Positions 23,513-35,733 of a stretch of 64,000 nt of DNA are shown here, piece by piece. Position 1 is the stretch's first letter. Every line of letters starts with the position of its first letter. A program made the position numbers and the translations under genes. Origin of the DNA: Phaeosaccion multiseriatum (taxonomy: Eukaryota; Protista; Ochrophyta, other classes); NCBI GenBank assembly GCA_965112735.1, contig OZ218959.1:434001-498000 (forward strand), read 5' to 3'. The notes beneath the pieces were generated by a model that was not told the origin of the DNA, ran no database searches, and saw only the letters and a program-made list of their open reading frames with translations.

Positions 23513-26500
23513 TCAGTCGGTGAGCTTCTCGTGCACAAATACGGTGGTGGTTGCCGAGTCGCCACCCCAGGAGGTGCGCATTTCCTCCTTGGCCAGTAGG
23601 CCCCACTTGTCCTCCGTTACGGCCTTGGCGCTCACAGATAGACACAGACTGCCAACCTGTATAGGAGGAGGTCGTCCAAACAACAACAACAACAACAACA
23701 ACAACAGCAGTAAGCCATCAATCCTGAAAGGCACTAGTGATTTGTTTTCATCGAACAACTGACGAGACGCGACAGAGAGATACAACAGAGACAAATCGAC
23801 ACCGACATCCCACATTGACATCCATCACATGCTCCTAACTGAGATCAACTTATTCCTCTTCTTATGTACCCTTATGTACCCTTATGTACCCTTATGTACC
23901 TTCATGGTGTCGGCGAGGGTGAGGAGCTCTCGGCGCTGAGCGGGGTCGAAGTTGGCGTGCACGAAGATGCAGGACGCATCGTCCGGCCACGACTGCTGCA
24001 GGGCGTCTGTGTTGGAGGCACATGGGGACATTTGGAGGTACATGGGGGAGAGTATTGGTTGGTTGGAGGTGTATGGGGGGGGGGGGGAAGTTGGAGGGAG
24101 GCACCTGTGAATGGAGGCGACAGTTTGGAGAGAGGTGTATGAGGCAGAGGGTTGTTGGGGGAAAGGCATATGGGAAGGGGGATGGTGTGGGGGGGAGGGC
24201 AGATGGAGGCATATGGGAAGAGGGTCGCCTGACCTCCTAGGATGAAGTCCGTCCGCTTGGCCACAGGCGTCTGCACTGTCGCCATCAGCTCACGGGTGCA
24301 TCTGAAGAGAAAGGGAGAGAGGGCGTGTGGGTGCGTGAGTGGGTGCGTGAGTGGGTGCGTGAGTGGGTACGTGAGTGGAGAGGGCATGGTGGGCTGATGT
24401 GAGGGCTGAGCTTAGCCACGAGGCGGATCGAGATCCGATAGCCCCTGCGTCAAGTGTGTTCGGAGGATGCGAGCACGAGAGGGCGAGAGGCGCCTCCCCT
24501 CCTCCTCCCTCCGCTCCCCTTCCCTTCCCTTCCCTCCCCTCCCCTCCCCTCCCCTCCGCTCCCCTTCCCTCCCCTCCCCTCCCCTCCCCTCCCCTCCTCT
24601 TCCCTCCCCTCCGCTCCCCTTCCTTCCCCTCCGATCCCCTCCCCTCCACTCCACTCCGCTCCCCTCCCCTCCCCTCCCCTCCCCTCCCTTCCCCTCCCTT
24701 CCCCTCCCCTCCCCTCCCCTCCCCTCCCCTCCCCCTCCCCCACCCCTCTCTCACCTGTCCAACACGGGCCTGCTAACATCCCTGAGGTCCCTGAGTGCCT
24801 CCACCCCATAGGCTGCTTCAAAGTCGTGAAGCAGCGCCGCACATATCACCAACTTGCCTACCCCGGAGCCAAGGTCCCAGAAGTTCCCCCCGTTTTGAGA
24901 GAAATGGCCGTGCACCTTGCGAATCTGGCCATGAGTGGGCATGAGTGGGCATGAGTGGGTATGGGTGGGTATGAGTGGGCATGAGTGGGCATGAGTGGGT
25001 ATGAGTGGGCATGGGTGGGCATGAGTGGGTATGAGTGGGTATGGGTGGGTATGAGTGGGCATGAGTGGGTATGAGTGGGTATGAGTGGGCATGGGTGGGC
25101 ATGAGTGGGTATGGGTGGGTATGAGTGGGCATGAGTGGGCATGAGTGGGCATGAGTGGGCATGAGTGGGTATGAGTGGGCATGGGTGGGCATGAGTGGGT
25201 ATGAGTGGGTATGGGTGGGTATGAGTGGGCATGAGTGGGTATGAGTGGGTATGAGTGGGCATGGGTGGGCATGGGTGGGTATGAGTGGGCATGGGTGGGT
25301 ATGAGTGGGTATGAGTGGGTATGAGTGGGTATGAGTGGGCATGAGTGGGCATGAGTGGAGAGGGGAGGGGAGGAGGGGGGAAGGGGGCAGTGAGGGAGCG
25401 GCCGACTACAACATCTCGTAGTCCAGATAGGAAGGACAGAACACGAGGTGCTCCGTCCTGACACCTCACACATCAACTGGCGCTAATCCGACTGGCTCTA
25501 ATTCTGACACTCCGACTGAGAACCACCTCCAGCCCACATGAAGATGATTGTTTCTGCCCATACGACTGTTCCTGCCGGTTATGACTTGATCGCTTCTGCC
25601 CATATGAATGCCTCAGTGCCGCCTACCTTCAAGAAGAGCCACGCAAAGTCTTCCACCTCAAGCTCCCCATAAGCCAATGAGTCCTGCAGGAGCCCTTTCT
25701 GGCGTCTGTTCTCCTGACTCACAGCCTTGGCGTGCTCGGCGGGTAGGTCCTTGTACAGTTCCTTCACTCTCTCCACCACTTCATGAACCTGGAGGGGCAC
25801 GTCTTCGCCCTCCCTCAGGAGCGTGCCCACGAGCACGTGCAGGCGACGCATGTAAGAGAAGACCTCGTACTTGCTCAGCGCCTCGTAGGTGTACTGAGGG
25901 GGAGGGAGGGAGGGAGGGAGGGAGGGAGGGAGGGAGGGAGGGAGGGAGGGGGAGGGGATGGGATGGCAGCGGACGGAGGGACGGATGGAGGAACGCCAAG
26001 GGGGGGGGGTCAAAAGCGGCCCGTCTGCGTGTTTCTTTCCTTCCTATGTATGAGGGAACACCAAAGCATTCCAACAAGCGCAGCGCCGTGTATGTGTGTG
26101 TGGTGAAGCTGCTCGATCGATCGCCCCTTGTTCGTCCCGCACCTCAGGCTCGGCCGGCCCCTTGTTGCTCTTGAGCTGCGCGAGGAGCGCCAGCCTCTCC
26201 TCCTCCGCCAGTCGGGCATCCTCCTCTCTGTCGGCGATGTCCTCCTCGTCTTCCTCTTCTCCGTCGGTCGAGCCTTCCAGGTCATCGCTGCTCCCGACCA
26301 CGGGCGCCTTGTGGCCTTTACCCGTGCGACCCAGGGTGAAGGTCCCCATGAACTTTCGCCGCTTCCTTTCTCTCTCTTCTTCTTCTATCCTCAACCGCTC
26401 GGCTTCCGCCGCAACCTCCCTCTGTCTTTTCCGCTCCAAGCGCTCCAATCGCTTCTGTTCCGTCAGTTTGATCTCCTCCCGCCAAGCCTCGGGGATGCAT

Positions 26501-26892
26501 GCATCAACACCCCCGTTGCGCTCAATCGAGGTTTTGATGGGGAGGGCTGCGATTTTGTTTTTGCGCAGCGCCAGGTTGACTTTTCTAGTGATTCTCTCCC
26601 AGCGCCGCTCGGACCCCGCATAATGCGTCTGAATGACTCTACACATGAGCTCCTCCACGCCCCTCAGTGCGTTGAGCTCGTCCTGCTCGGGAGAGGGTGG
26701 CTCTGCCTGCTCCCGAGAGATAAGGATACAACAAATGGAGAGCGTGAGAGTGAAAGAGGAGGGAGAGGAGGGAGAGGAGAGAGGGGAAGGAGGGAGGAGG
26801 AGGCGAGGGAGAGAGAGGGAGGGAGGGAGGGAGGGAGGGAGAAAGGGTGGGAGGGAGTGAGTGGGAAGAAGTGTATATACGTGAGAGAGTGC

Positions 26893-26942
<50 letters not shown>

Positions 26943-27055
26943 CAAAGGGATGAAAGGCTTGGTTTACTCCAACCGAGTTCAGCACTGCATCTCACCTCCT
27001 GATTTTCCTCTTCCGCCTTCTTCTTCCGCCGAAAGATGGACGCAGCTCCACCCAT
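23513..27055 (-). CDS. DOT1-like class I SAM-dependent methyltransferase with N-myristoylation motif and coiled-coil N-terminal half
   Basis: Exons: MGGAASIFRRKKKAEEENQE (27055); coiled-coil exon ~26710-26143; YTYEALSK...LAYGELEVEDFAWLFLK; IRKVHG...FWDLGSGVGKLVICAALLHDFEAAYGVE; CTREL...DFILG; DALQQSWPDDASCIFV; VGSLCLSVS...MRTSWGG...VFVHEKLTD*. YGE, DLGSGxGK and GVE are DOT1/class I MTase motifs. Confidence 0.8.
24931..25357. repeat. 10-bp tandem repeat (ATGRGTGGGY)n, ~42 units, intronic
   Basis: Direct inspection; lies in an intron of the methyltransferase gene. Confidence 0.95.
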
Positions 27056-27238
27056 TGTGTGCTTTTTGCTTTTGTTGTGGGTGGTTTAGGGATATATTAC
27101 ACCCTTCAGTTGTGGGTGGGGTAATCAACCGCTACGTCGCTACACCAGTTGGTGATTCTCTATGCGTCGCCCACTCACAGATGTAACGGGCGGAGGACAG
27201 ATTGGATTTAGCAAAAATAGGAAAAAGGGCAGCTCAAA

Positions 27239-28114
27239 ATGATGTGGTCGCGCACCAGTATCATCGGTGTCTTCCTGCTGGGGTGGGGCGATGGCAGCAG
27301 CAGCAGCAGCAACAGCAGCACCTCCGCTACCACTGGGGTGGGCCTGCGGCCGGAGTCAGAACTCGTGGACAACTGCTTCGACTTCCCCGCACAGAACTTT
27401 AACAAGCAAAACAATGTCAAGCTCACGTACGGTAGCAGCCCGTACCTGGCCCTGCGGGAGGGAGACCGAGCCATCGACTTTACGCTGGACGCACTGGACG
27501 GGACGCCTTTCTCTCTCTCGCAGGCCCTCGCAGAGGGCAAAGACACGGGCGACAGCAAGCCGGTGGTGCTGATCTGGGGCATGTACACGTGCCCAGCCTT
27601 CCAAGGGATGGGGTCGGGGGGCGACCCGCCCTTCGACGAATGCGCGTACTGGGACGAGAGCACCTTGGTGGAGCAACGGCGCTCACAAGTCAACTTCGTG
27701 CACCTGGTTGGGCCTGAACCGCACCCCACTGTCCCGGACACCAACTTTGACAGCGGCGAATTCAAGGAGAACTACTGGTCCACCGTGCGCCAGCCCATGG
27801 ACTACACGCAGCGCCGCGCCATGGTGAAGGCTGTACGCCAGTTCATCCACCCCAAGGCTGTCCTGCTGGCCGACGATCTCGTTCGCTCGCCCACCGAGGG
27901 GAGCAGCGAGGGGGCTGGTGAGGAGGAGCCAACGACCCGCAACAACCCGGTGTGGTGCTCCTACGGGCCGGGGGCGAGGACGGCTATGCTCATCGGGACG
28001 GACGGCATCGTGAGGTACACATCCACCTGGTTCCGCGCCTCGGACATGCTGGCAGCCATCGACGACTATCTGGGACTGGAGTCTGTCGCAGCTACAGAGA
28101 ACGAGGAGGCGTGA
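27239..28114 (+). CDS. Iodothyronine deiodinase-like thioredoxin-fold protein (Cys type), signal peptide, intronless
   Basis: AIDFTLDALDG...KPVVLIWGMYTCPAF matches deiodinase RPLVLNFGSxTUPPF; FVHLVGPEPHP matches FLxVYIxEAHP; VRQPMDYTQRRAM matches IxQHxSLEER; YGPGARTAMLIGTDGIVRY matches YGAxPERLYII. Hydrophobic N-terminus. Confidence 0.75.
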   Translation: MMWSRTSIIGVFLLGWGDGSSSSSNSSTSATTGVGLRPESELVDNCFDFPAQNFNKQNNVKLTYGSSPYLALREGDRAIDFTLDALDGTPFSLSQALAEGKDTGDSKPVVLIWGMYTCPAFQGMGSGGDPPFDECAYWDESTLVEQRRSQVNFVHLVGPEPHPTVPDTNFDSGEFKENYWSTVRQPMDYTQRRAMVKAVRQFIHPKAVLLADDLVRSPTEGSSEGAGEEEPTTRNNPVWCSYGPGARTAMLIGTDGIVRYTSTWFRASDMLAAIDDYLGLESVAATENEEA

Positions 28115-28260
28115 GGCAGAGCAGCAGCAGCAGCAGCAGCCGGTCCCATGACCATAGAGAGTAATTTTTAATTTTCATATAATGTCATCATTTTAAGGGA
28201 CCCAAAGCGATGTGCGCGCGGTACACAGACCCTCACAAAAGAGAGAGTGCACACAGAGCC

Positions 28261-28965
28261 TTACAAGAGCTCGGTTACATTCATTGGCATCTCGTCGATC
28301 TGTGTGGAGTAAAACTGTTCGATGTCTCGAAGGATGCTCACGTCCTCCTGCTTTACAAAGTTGATGGCCACTCCCTTGCGACCGAAACGGCCCGAGCGGC
28401 CGATGCGGTGGATATACAGCTCACGCGACGTGGGCAGGTCGTAGCAGATCACCAACGAAACTTGCTGCACGTCCAGGCCACGACCCCACACGTCTGTTGC
28501 TATGAGCACGCGGGACCTGCAGCAAGGGGGGGTGGAGGAATGGGAGGGGGGGGATAGACATGAGGTCACGGGACCCGCACCATCCAAGCGGGCAACCTCT
28601 TTGCACTTGTTTAATCACTCCCTCGCTCCAATCCTCCCACTCCTTCTCCCTCACTCACCCCCCTGATCGGAACTCCTCCATGATGGCGTCTCTCTCCTTC
28701 TGGGGCATGTCTCCATGCATGGCCGCTACCGTGAAGTTTGCCTCTCGCATCTTGGTGGTGAGCCAGTCCACCTTCTTCTTGGTGTTGCAGAAGATGACAG
28801 CCTGTAACGCATGCATTCATTGCATTGCATACGTCAAGGGCAAGATAGTTGTATGTGGATGGGAGGGGGCGGATGATATCGATCATCCTCGCTGCGCAAC
28901 CACGTACACACACACGCGCGCGCGCGCGCACGCACACGTGCACACCGACGCACCACACACACACA

Positions 28966-29010
<45 letters not shown>

Positions 29011-31338
29011 CACCCCTACCTGCGTGACGGTGAGCGTTTCGTACAAGTCACACAGGGTATCGAACTTCCACTCCTCCTTCTCCACCGCCACGAAGAACTG
29101 CTTGATGCCCTCCAAGGTCAGCTCATCTCGCTTGACGAGAATGCGCACAGGCTGATTCATGAACTTTCCCGTCATTTCCAGCACCTCCTCCGGCAACGTG
29201 GCAGAGATTAGCACCACTTGTGTTGACGGTGGCAGGTATCTGATTGGTGGAGAGAGGGGGGAGGACGGGTGTGGTGTGGGTGCGTGCGTGCGTGTGGGAG
29301 GGGCGGGGTGTTCATTGAGCGTCTAGTCAGCGGATGGCAGCAGAAAAGCAGCGGATGAGCTCATGTTTGGAATGTAACTGTGAGCCCTTGGATCCAACGG
29401 CTGTGCGTCCACTGAGCTTGAGCCTGAGCCTGAGCCTATCTCCCTCATGGAAAACTCCAGTTCCAGTTACAGTTCCGATTCCACTTCCGTTTCCAGACCT
29501 CACTCACTCTCCCCCTTAACCCCACGACATATACTCTCGAACGCTCTTGTCCCACCCACCCACCCATGTACCTGTAAATGTCGTAGATCTGCTCCTTGAA
29601 TCCCTTGTTGAGCATCTCATCCGCCTCGTCAATCACGAGCATCTTGAGCTTCTTGGTGCGCAGGTTCTTGCGGTTGATCATGTCAAACACCCTTCCTGGC
29701 GTGCCGGACACAACCTGGCAGCCGTAGTCCAGGCGGCGGATGTCCTCGCCGATGCTCTTGCCACCGATGCAGGCGTGGCATTGTACGTTCATGTAGTCAC
29801 CCAGAGCGAGGATCACCTGCACAACAAGGGCCCAGGGGAGGGTCGAGAAGGGCGAGAGGGGCAAGGTGGAGACAGCGAGAGGGGCGACATGGGCAAGGCA
29901 AAGAGAGAGCGACAGGAGCAAGGCAAGGCAAAACAAAGCAAGACACACACACACACACACGCAGAGAGAGAGAGAGAGAGCGGTAAGAATTACGACAGAA
30001 TTCCGTACGGGCGGAAGGGACTAGGGGGATGGCTCGAATCAGGACAGAGCAACGCAGTGTCATCGAAGTTAAGTAGCGTGGCTTGAGCCTGTGCTTGGTA
30101 GGGCAGGTCTATATAAGATGCCATCCGCCCTCGTAACTTCGGCACTGTCTGGTCGCCGCGCAAGTCCCATCCCGCGAGTACAAAAAAGCTTCCCGTTCTC
30201 CCTCACACCTCACGCCGCACCCACCCACCTTTTGCGTTTGCTCCGCGAGTTCCCTTGTGGGGGACAACACGAGGGCCTGTGTCTCGTTGGAGGTAGAGTC
30301 CAGTGCCTGCACCAGAGGAGGGGGAGCAAGTGATGACGTCAAGAGAAGATCCGGACAACACCGTAAGAGGAGCGCAGCTGACTACCAAAAGGCGAGGTTC
30401 GGAGTCGCGTTTGCTTCCCTGTCCCATGTTTAAGTCCAATCTAATACTTTCTGCGCTACCGTCCGTCAGCCTTCTCGAGACGCACTGGTGGGATTGCCGT
30501 GACTGCCGTGAGATAGGAAGCCAACTCATCAGACCTCTCTTTCTCTCTCTTCTTACAAATCTCCTCCCCCTTCCCTTCCGGCAACCCAACTCCCTCCCCC
30601 CAGTACCTGCAAGACCCCAATACTGAAGACGGCAGTCTTTCCTGTGCCCGACTGGCTCTGAGCAATGACGTCTCTGCCCGTCATGATGGGCTTGATGGCT
30701 CGCTGCTGCACCGCCGACGGCCGCTCAAAGCCGTAGGCGTACACGCCCCTCAGCAGGTCCTCCTTCAGCCCCATCTTATCGAACGACTCACACACCTCCA
30801 CCTCCCCCTGTGCATGGAAGCGGCAGAGCAGCAGCAGAGGTAGGAGGGGGGGGGGAGGCAACAGCGTCACCATCGCGTGGAGCAGCAAAGCAAGCAGTGT
30901 GTGATTTTTACTCTTTTCCCTCCCCTGACACCAGGATAAGGTTCCTTGACGACCGACGATGTCACACACACAAGAGGGAAGAGCCGCTCCTCAACTGTCC
31001 AGCGTGTCACACCAAGGGCCTGGCGAGGCCCATTTTCATCTCCCTTGACAGCCCGTCTCTTGGCTGGATCCTCCCTCGCCCTCAGTCCTTCCCAGCTCTG
31101 AGCAGCCGAGCGAGAACCCCACCTTCTCCCCACGTACCGCCAAAGTGAACTCGATCCCTTCCTCCTCATCGTAATCCACCCTCTCGCCCGCCTTTGCACG
31201 GCTTCGCCCAGCCTTGCTGGAGTAGCCGCCCCCTCCCGATGACCGCCCTCCTCCCCCATGCCTGCCCCCTCCTCCTCCGCCTCCTCCTTTGCTCACTACG
31301 CGACTACTGGCACCGCCTTCTCCCCGTCGAGACGCCAT
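28261..31338 (-). CDS. EIF4A3: DEAD-box RNA helicase eIF4A-III (exon junction complex core), 7 exons
   Basis: [153 protein letters not shown] and RSGRFG favour eIF4A-III over eIF4A-I. Confidence 0.96.
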
Positions 31339-32000
31339 GCTCGTCTTATGACAATCGATTGCACTGCGGGGAATGGCCCACCAAAATCCGTACCAACCCT
31401 CTCTCTCTCTCTCTGTACACGTAACTTTACGTAAACATCACGGAACCCAAGGGGTCGTGTGATGCAATCCTATCCTCAGTCCCCTGTCGATTTTGTGTCC
31501 TTAGACTTGTGTGAAGAGGTACGATACACCAAGGGAGAGAGGTTTTGTGGAGAAGATGGCCGGGAGATTGCTGTTATTCCGGTGTTTGCTGGAGGCGGGG
31601 CCGTCTAGGATTAGAGAGGCAGCTGCAGAACTTTTGGAGACGTGGGTGACGCCTCACCATAGGCACCCCTTGAGGAGGCAGGCCAGCAGCAGCAGACACC
31701 GCAGCGGCGCAGCCGAGTGGGGGTATTCGGAAGACTGAATGTGCTACTGACTGCAGTGCATGCTTGTGCTGCTGTGTAGTGTTATCAAAGGCCCCGAAAG
31801 AGATCATGACAAACCTGTGAAGTGTAGTACGTGTCCACGAAGGCGCGGGAGGAAATCATGATTACTGCAAGAGAGAATGAACCAGGCCACTAACCACGTA
31901 CATGCACCCTCCTGCTCCCGCCCTCCATGCATCCTTGCTGGCTACGGATTCCCGATCCCTCAGGACGTGTGCTGGACCAGAGAGAGTGAAGGACAGCACA

Positions 32001-33714
32001 ATGAAGGCCTCAGCAGTAGCAGTGGCGTTGGTGGCAGGACTGGCCTCCACCAATGCCTTCATCACCCCCACAGCCTTCAGCGGTGCCAGCGTGGCGGCCA
32101 GAAGCCCTGCTCGCTCTGCTGCCTCATCCAAAGCCACCTCCTCCACCACCCTCAAAATGGGCTTGCTCGACCCAGACCCCACTCTGCTGTCAGAGTTCTT
32201 CTTCTGGGGAGAGGCAGAGTACAAGGGGTTTGTGGGGAACGTCAAGGGTGAGGAGGCATTGATCTTGGTGAGTACGGGTGTAGGGAAGGGGCGAACAAGA
32301 GGCTGAAGAAGGACATGTGGACGAGGCTCAGGCGGCCTCCGGACGGGGGTGGAGGCGTGCGTGGATACTCTCCGAGGGCTCGCCATCTTTTCTCTACCCC
32401 CCCTCCCTGTTTCACATCGGAAACCCCGTGCTCATGTACCTACGTGCCCCGCCTCGTGCCTGCTCGAATACCCTCTCCCCTCCCTCCCTCCCTCCTCCTC
32501 CCTGTCCCCCCTTTTTGCCGAGCAGCAAGGAAAGCCATACGACTTGCTGGGTCGGCTCCGCGAGAAGAAGCTGCTGACCTTCACGGCGGAGACCGGTCTC
32601 TTGTCGGCCTTGGAGGACGCGGGGGTGACGCTGAGTGGGGTGGAGAAGACGCTGCCAGCCATCGAGGAGGCAGGTCTGCTCTCCTTTGTCGCCAACAACT
32701 TGAGCGCGCTCAACAGGCTTGTCGCACCCGTCGCAGTAGAGCCCGCTGAGGTAAGGTACAGCACCGCTCCGAGCCCCTCTGAGGACTCGAGAGAGGAAAC
32801 GGGCTGAGCCGAGCTGAGCTACCAGGCGGTGGAGGAGAGGGAGTGGGGTGGGGCCGCAGCGGAGGGGAAGTGGAGCAGGAGATGTGCTAATGTGTTGTCG
32901 GGGCTTGCTTGCGAGCCGAAGCGCGGAGTGCGAATTGTGAAGTGGGAATGGTGATTTCATTCTGGACGGGTCCTACCACACACCCGCTTCTCTGTCCTCT
33001 CTCGTGGCGCTTGACCCTCGAACACACCCCACCCCCCTCTTGCTGCCCCCATGTGCGTCGTGTCGCCTTCCCTCCCCCCCCCCCACAAATCCCCCCCCCA
33101 TCTGTTGTCATCCACCGACTGCCGTCCTTCCCTCCTCAGCTGGCCCTCCCTGCCGTGACCGGCCTGGTGAAGAGTGGAGCGCTCAATGGACTCATTGCCC
33201 AGTTGCTCAGCGTCTCTCCCTCTGCCCCTCGCGCCTCGGCCCCTGCTCCCGCCCCCAAGGCCAAGGCGGCTAGGGCAACAGCAGCCCCTAAGGCAAAGGC
33301 CGCACCAGCAGCCAAGGCCGCACCAGCCCCCAAGGCCGCGGCACCTGCCCCTGCTCCCAAGGCCGCACCAGCCCCTGCCCCCAAGGTACGAACTGAGGCA
33401 GTTAAGGCACTAGCTATGGCACTAGGCATGGCACTAGCAAGGCACTAGCAAGGGCAAGGCACGGACTATTGGATGGATGGCTCAGACCCATGCAAGGCCC
33501 AAATGAAGATGAGATGGAGCGGTTCATGCTTGTTCATGTCTCCCTCTGCCTGAACAGCCCCTCTCTGTCCCTTTCTCTGCCCCTCCATGGCTCTGACCGC
33601 CCACCGCCCCTCATCCCAACACACCCCCTCTATTGCCGCCCCCCCTCTGCTGCTCTGTAGCCGGCGAGCAGGCCCAAGGTTGGCTCACGCCCCCGAATCG
33701 CCGCCAGGGCATAG
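32001..33714 (+). CDS. Plastid-targeted DUF1118-like protein with Ala/Pro/Lys-rich tail, 4 exons
   Basis: Signal peptide ending TNA-FIT (ASAFAP-type cleavage) plus Ser/Ala-rich transit peptide. Exon 2 LLTFTAETGLLSALEDAGVTLSGVEKTLPAIEEAGLLS resembles DUF1118 GLLS repeats. Donors GTGAGT, GTAAGG and GTACGA are in frame. Confidence 0.72.
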
Positions 33715-34669
33715 GCGGGAGGAGAGATGACATTCATTCACAGCCGGCAATAACACCCGAACTAGGGGTCGGGTGGACCATTGGGGGCAGCTGGCTGACC
33801 TCATTTAGATAGATAGACGGGGAGGGGGGAGGGGGCGCTGAAGTGAGTGAGTGCCCCGTGGACGACCCTGCGACGCATGGTCTGTGCTGTGGAGCGCTCT
33901 GCGCTGCTCTGCTGTTGGTGAGGCCGGACTCAGTCGAGGCAGTCGAGTCAGTCGAGTCAGTTGATTCAGTCCTGCCTCTCTCACTGTGTGGGGTGTGTGG
34001 CTGACGAGTGCCGCCGCTTTTGCTTTGCTTTGCTTTGTTGGTTGCTTCCACCTTTTACTTATGATTCGGACCCATTTTATTACTCTTTGGGGGCGCGGCG
34101 CTTTGTTCTTAAAGGGCCCACTCTCCTTCGCTTAACATCACTCACAATCACCTCTTCCTTATATACAGGAACACGATACGAGAGAGGCGGACATTTTTAC
34201 TCATTTAATTTTAAAACTAAATAGAGAGACTTCTCAAGTACCTATGCAAGCACGCGTAGTGTCAAAACACATTCCGCCTTCCGTGTGTGCCCATCATGGC
34301 TGGCGATCGGCTGGCAGTGCTGTGCCGCTCCTCTCACCACAGCACCCGCTTGCCTCCCTCCCTCCGTCCGTCCCTCCGAGAGGGTCGTGCTGACACTTGA
34401 CCACTTGTTTCAGCTCCACTTTATTGACCTCGACCAATCGAACCAAAGAATCGATGTCGACGCGCTCGCAGAGCTTATACTTCTCTAAGGAGGAGAGGCC
34501 CCTCTTGATGATTCCCCAGTCCCCTCCCAAGTCAAGTTCTTTTCAATCAGCTCTATTGACTCGCTCTTTGAGTTCTCTCTTGTGGTCCTTCCCCTCCCCT
34601 CCCCCTGTTGGGTCCTCTCTTTACTCTAATGGAGCCTCCTCCAGCCTCCAACCAACTGCTGAGTCCCCT

Positions 34670-35674
34670 CTAGCTCTTGTGTGTGTGGCACACATCCTTG
34701 ACGTCAAGCTGCAGAATGTCCGCCCTGCCCCCAAGCATCGACCCCACATTCGGCAATGTCCGACCAAAGTCTCCGTGCACAAACTCCTTCACGTACGTAC
34801 CCCCGGAGGTGGCCACCTTCGGAGAGGGAGGAGGGGCAGGCAGGCATATGGGACAAACAGATCGGTGAGTGAGCACTGACTGACACTTCAATTCAAGCTG
34901 GGCCGGGCACCCGGACGGGTATGGTAGCAAGTCTCAAAAGAGGAGGTGTTTGTGCTCTCTCTCAGGGTGGGGAGGTGGAGCGGGGTGGGAAAGGTGTGCG
35001 ACGCTACACATGCAAAGGGCCGCAGACGCAAGGGGGGGGGGGGGGGCGAAACTGAAACCGTTGGGGCGATGCGTCTCGCTTCACTTGTTCTGCCCACACA
35101 CACTTTCAGATTCCCCTAGGTGATTCCTATTAAGTCAATAAATCATCCCACTCCCCACCGAGCCGAGCCCTCAGTCACCCTGACATCTTTCGCCCTGAGG
35201 CAGAGGCCTGGCGTGGTGTGTTTATTGACTTACTCACCGTGAGGATGAAGTAGTGGTCGTTGAGCCACTGTACCTCCATGGAGTGGACGGTCTTGACACG
35301 AGTCAAGAGCGTCCGCCGATGCAGCACGCGGACCTGTCCTCCCAAGCACAAGAGTAGCGGTGCCGCACACGCAAACGGAGAGCGAGTGGGGTAGTGGGGT
35401 GAGTGGAGGGGCAGGGCAACATACAGGGTGGGATACACACTAGTGGAGCATTGGGACACACGGGAAGGAGTGAGCCCTTGTCGCACACGGAGGGACGGAA
35501 GTGGGGGAGAGAGGGAGAGAGGTAATGAGGAGAAGTAGCGGAAGGGGGAGAGAGGGAAGGAGGCAGTGAGGAGAAGCAGCTACGATGTTCGCTTGGAAGG
35601 GAAAGGCCACACAAAGACGAAAAGACGGAGCAGAGAGAAGAGAAGAGAGAGCGAGAGAGAGAGAGAAGAGATGT

Positions 35675-35733
<59 letters not shown>

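Noticed and set aside
24931-25357. (ATGAGTGGGY)n as telomeric repeat or coding repeat
   Set aside because: Lies inside a GT-AG intron and does not match known telomere units.
27239-28114. Selenoprotein with UGA recoding
   Set aside because: The active-site codon is TGC (Cys) and the ORF is uninterrupted.
31511-31738. 75-aa ORF between eIF4A3 and the plastid protein
   Set aside because: GTG start, no motifs and no clear splice partners; probably promoter or UTR sequence.
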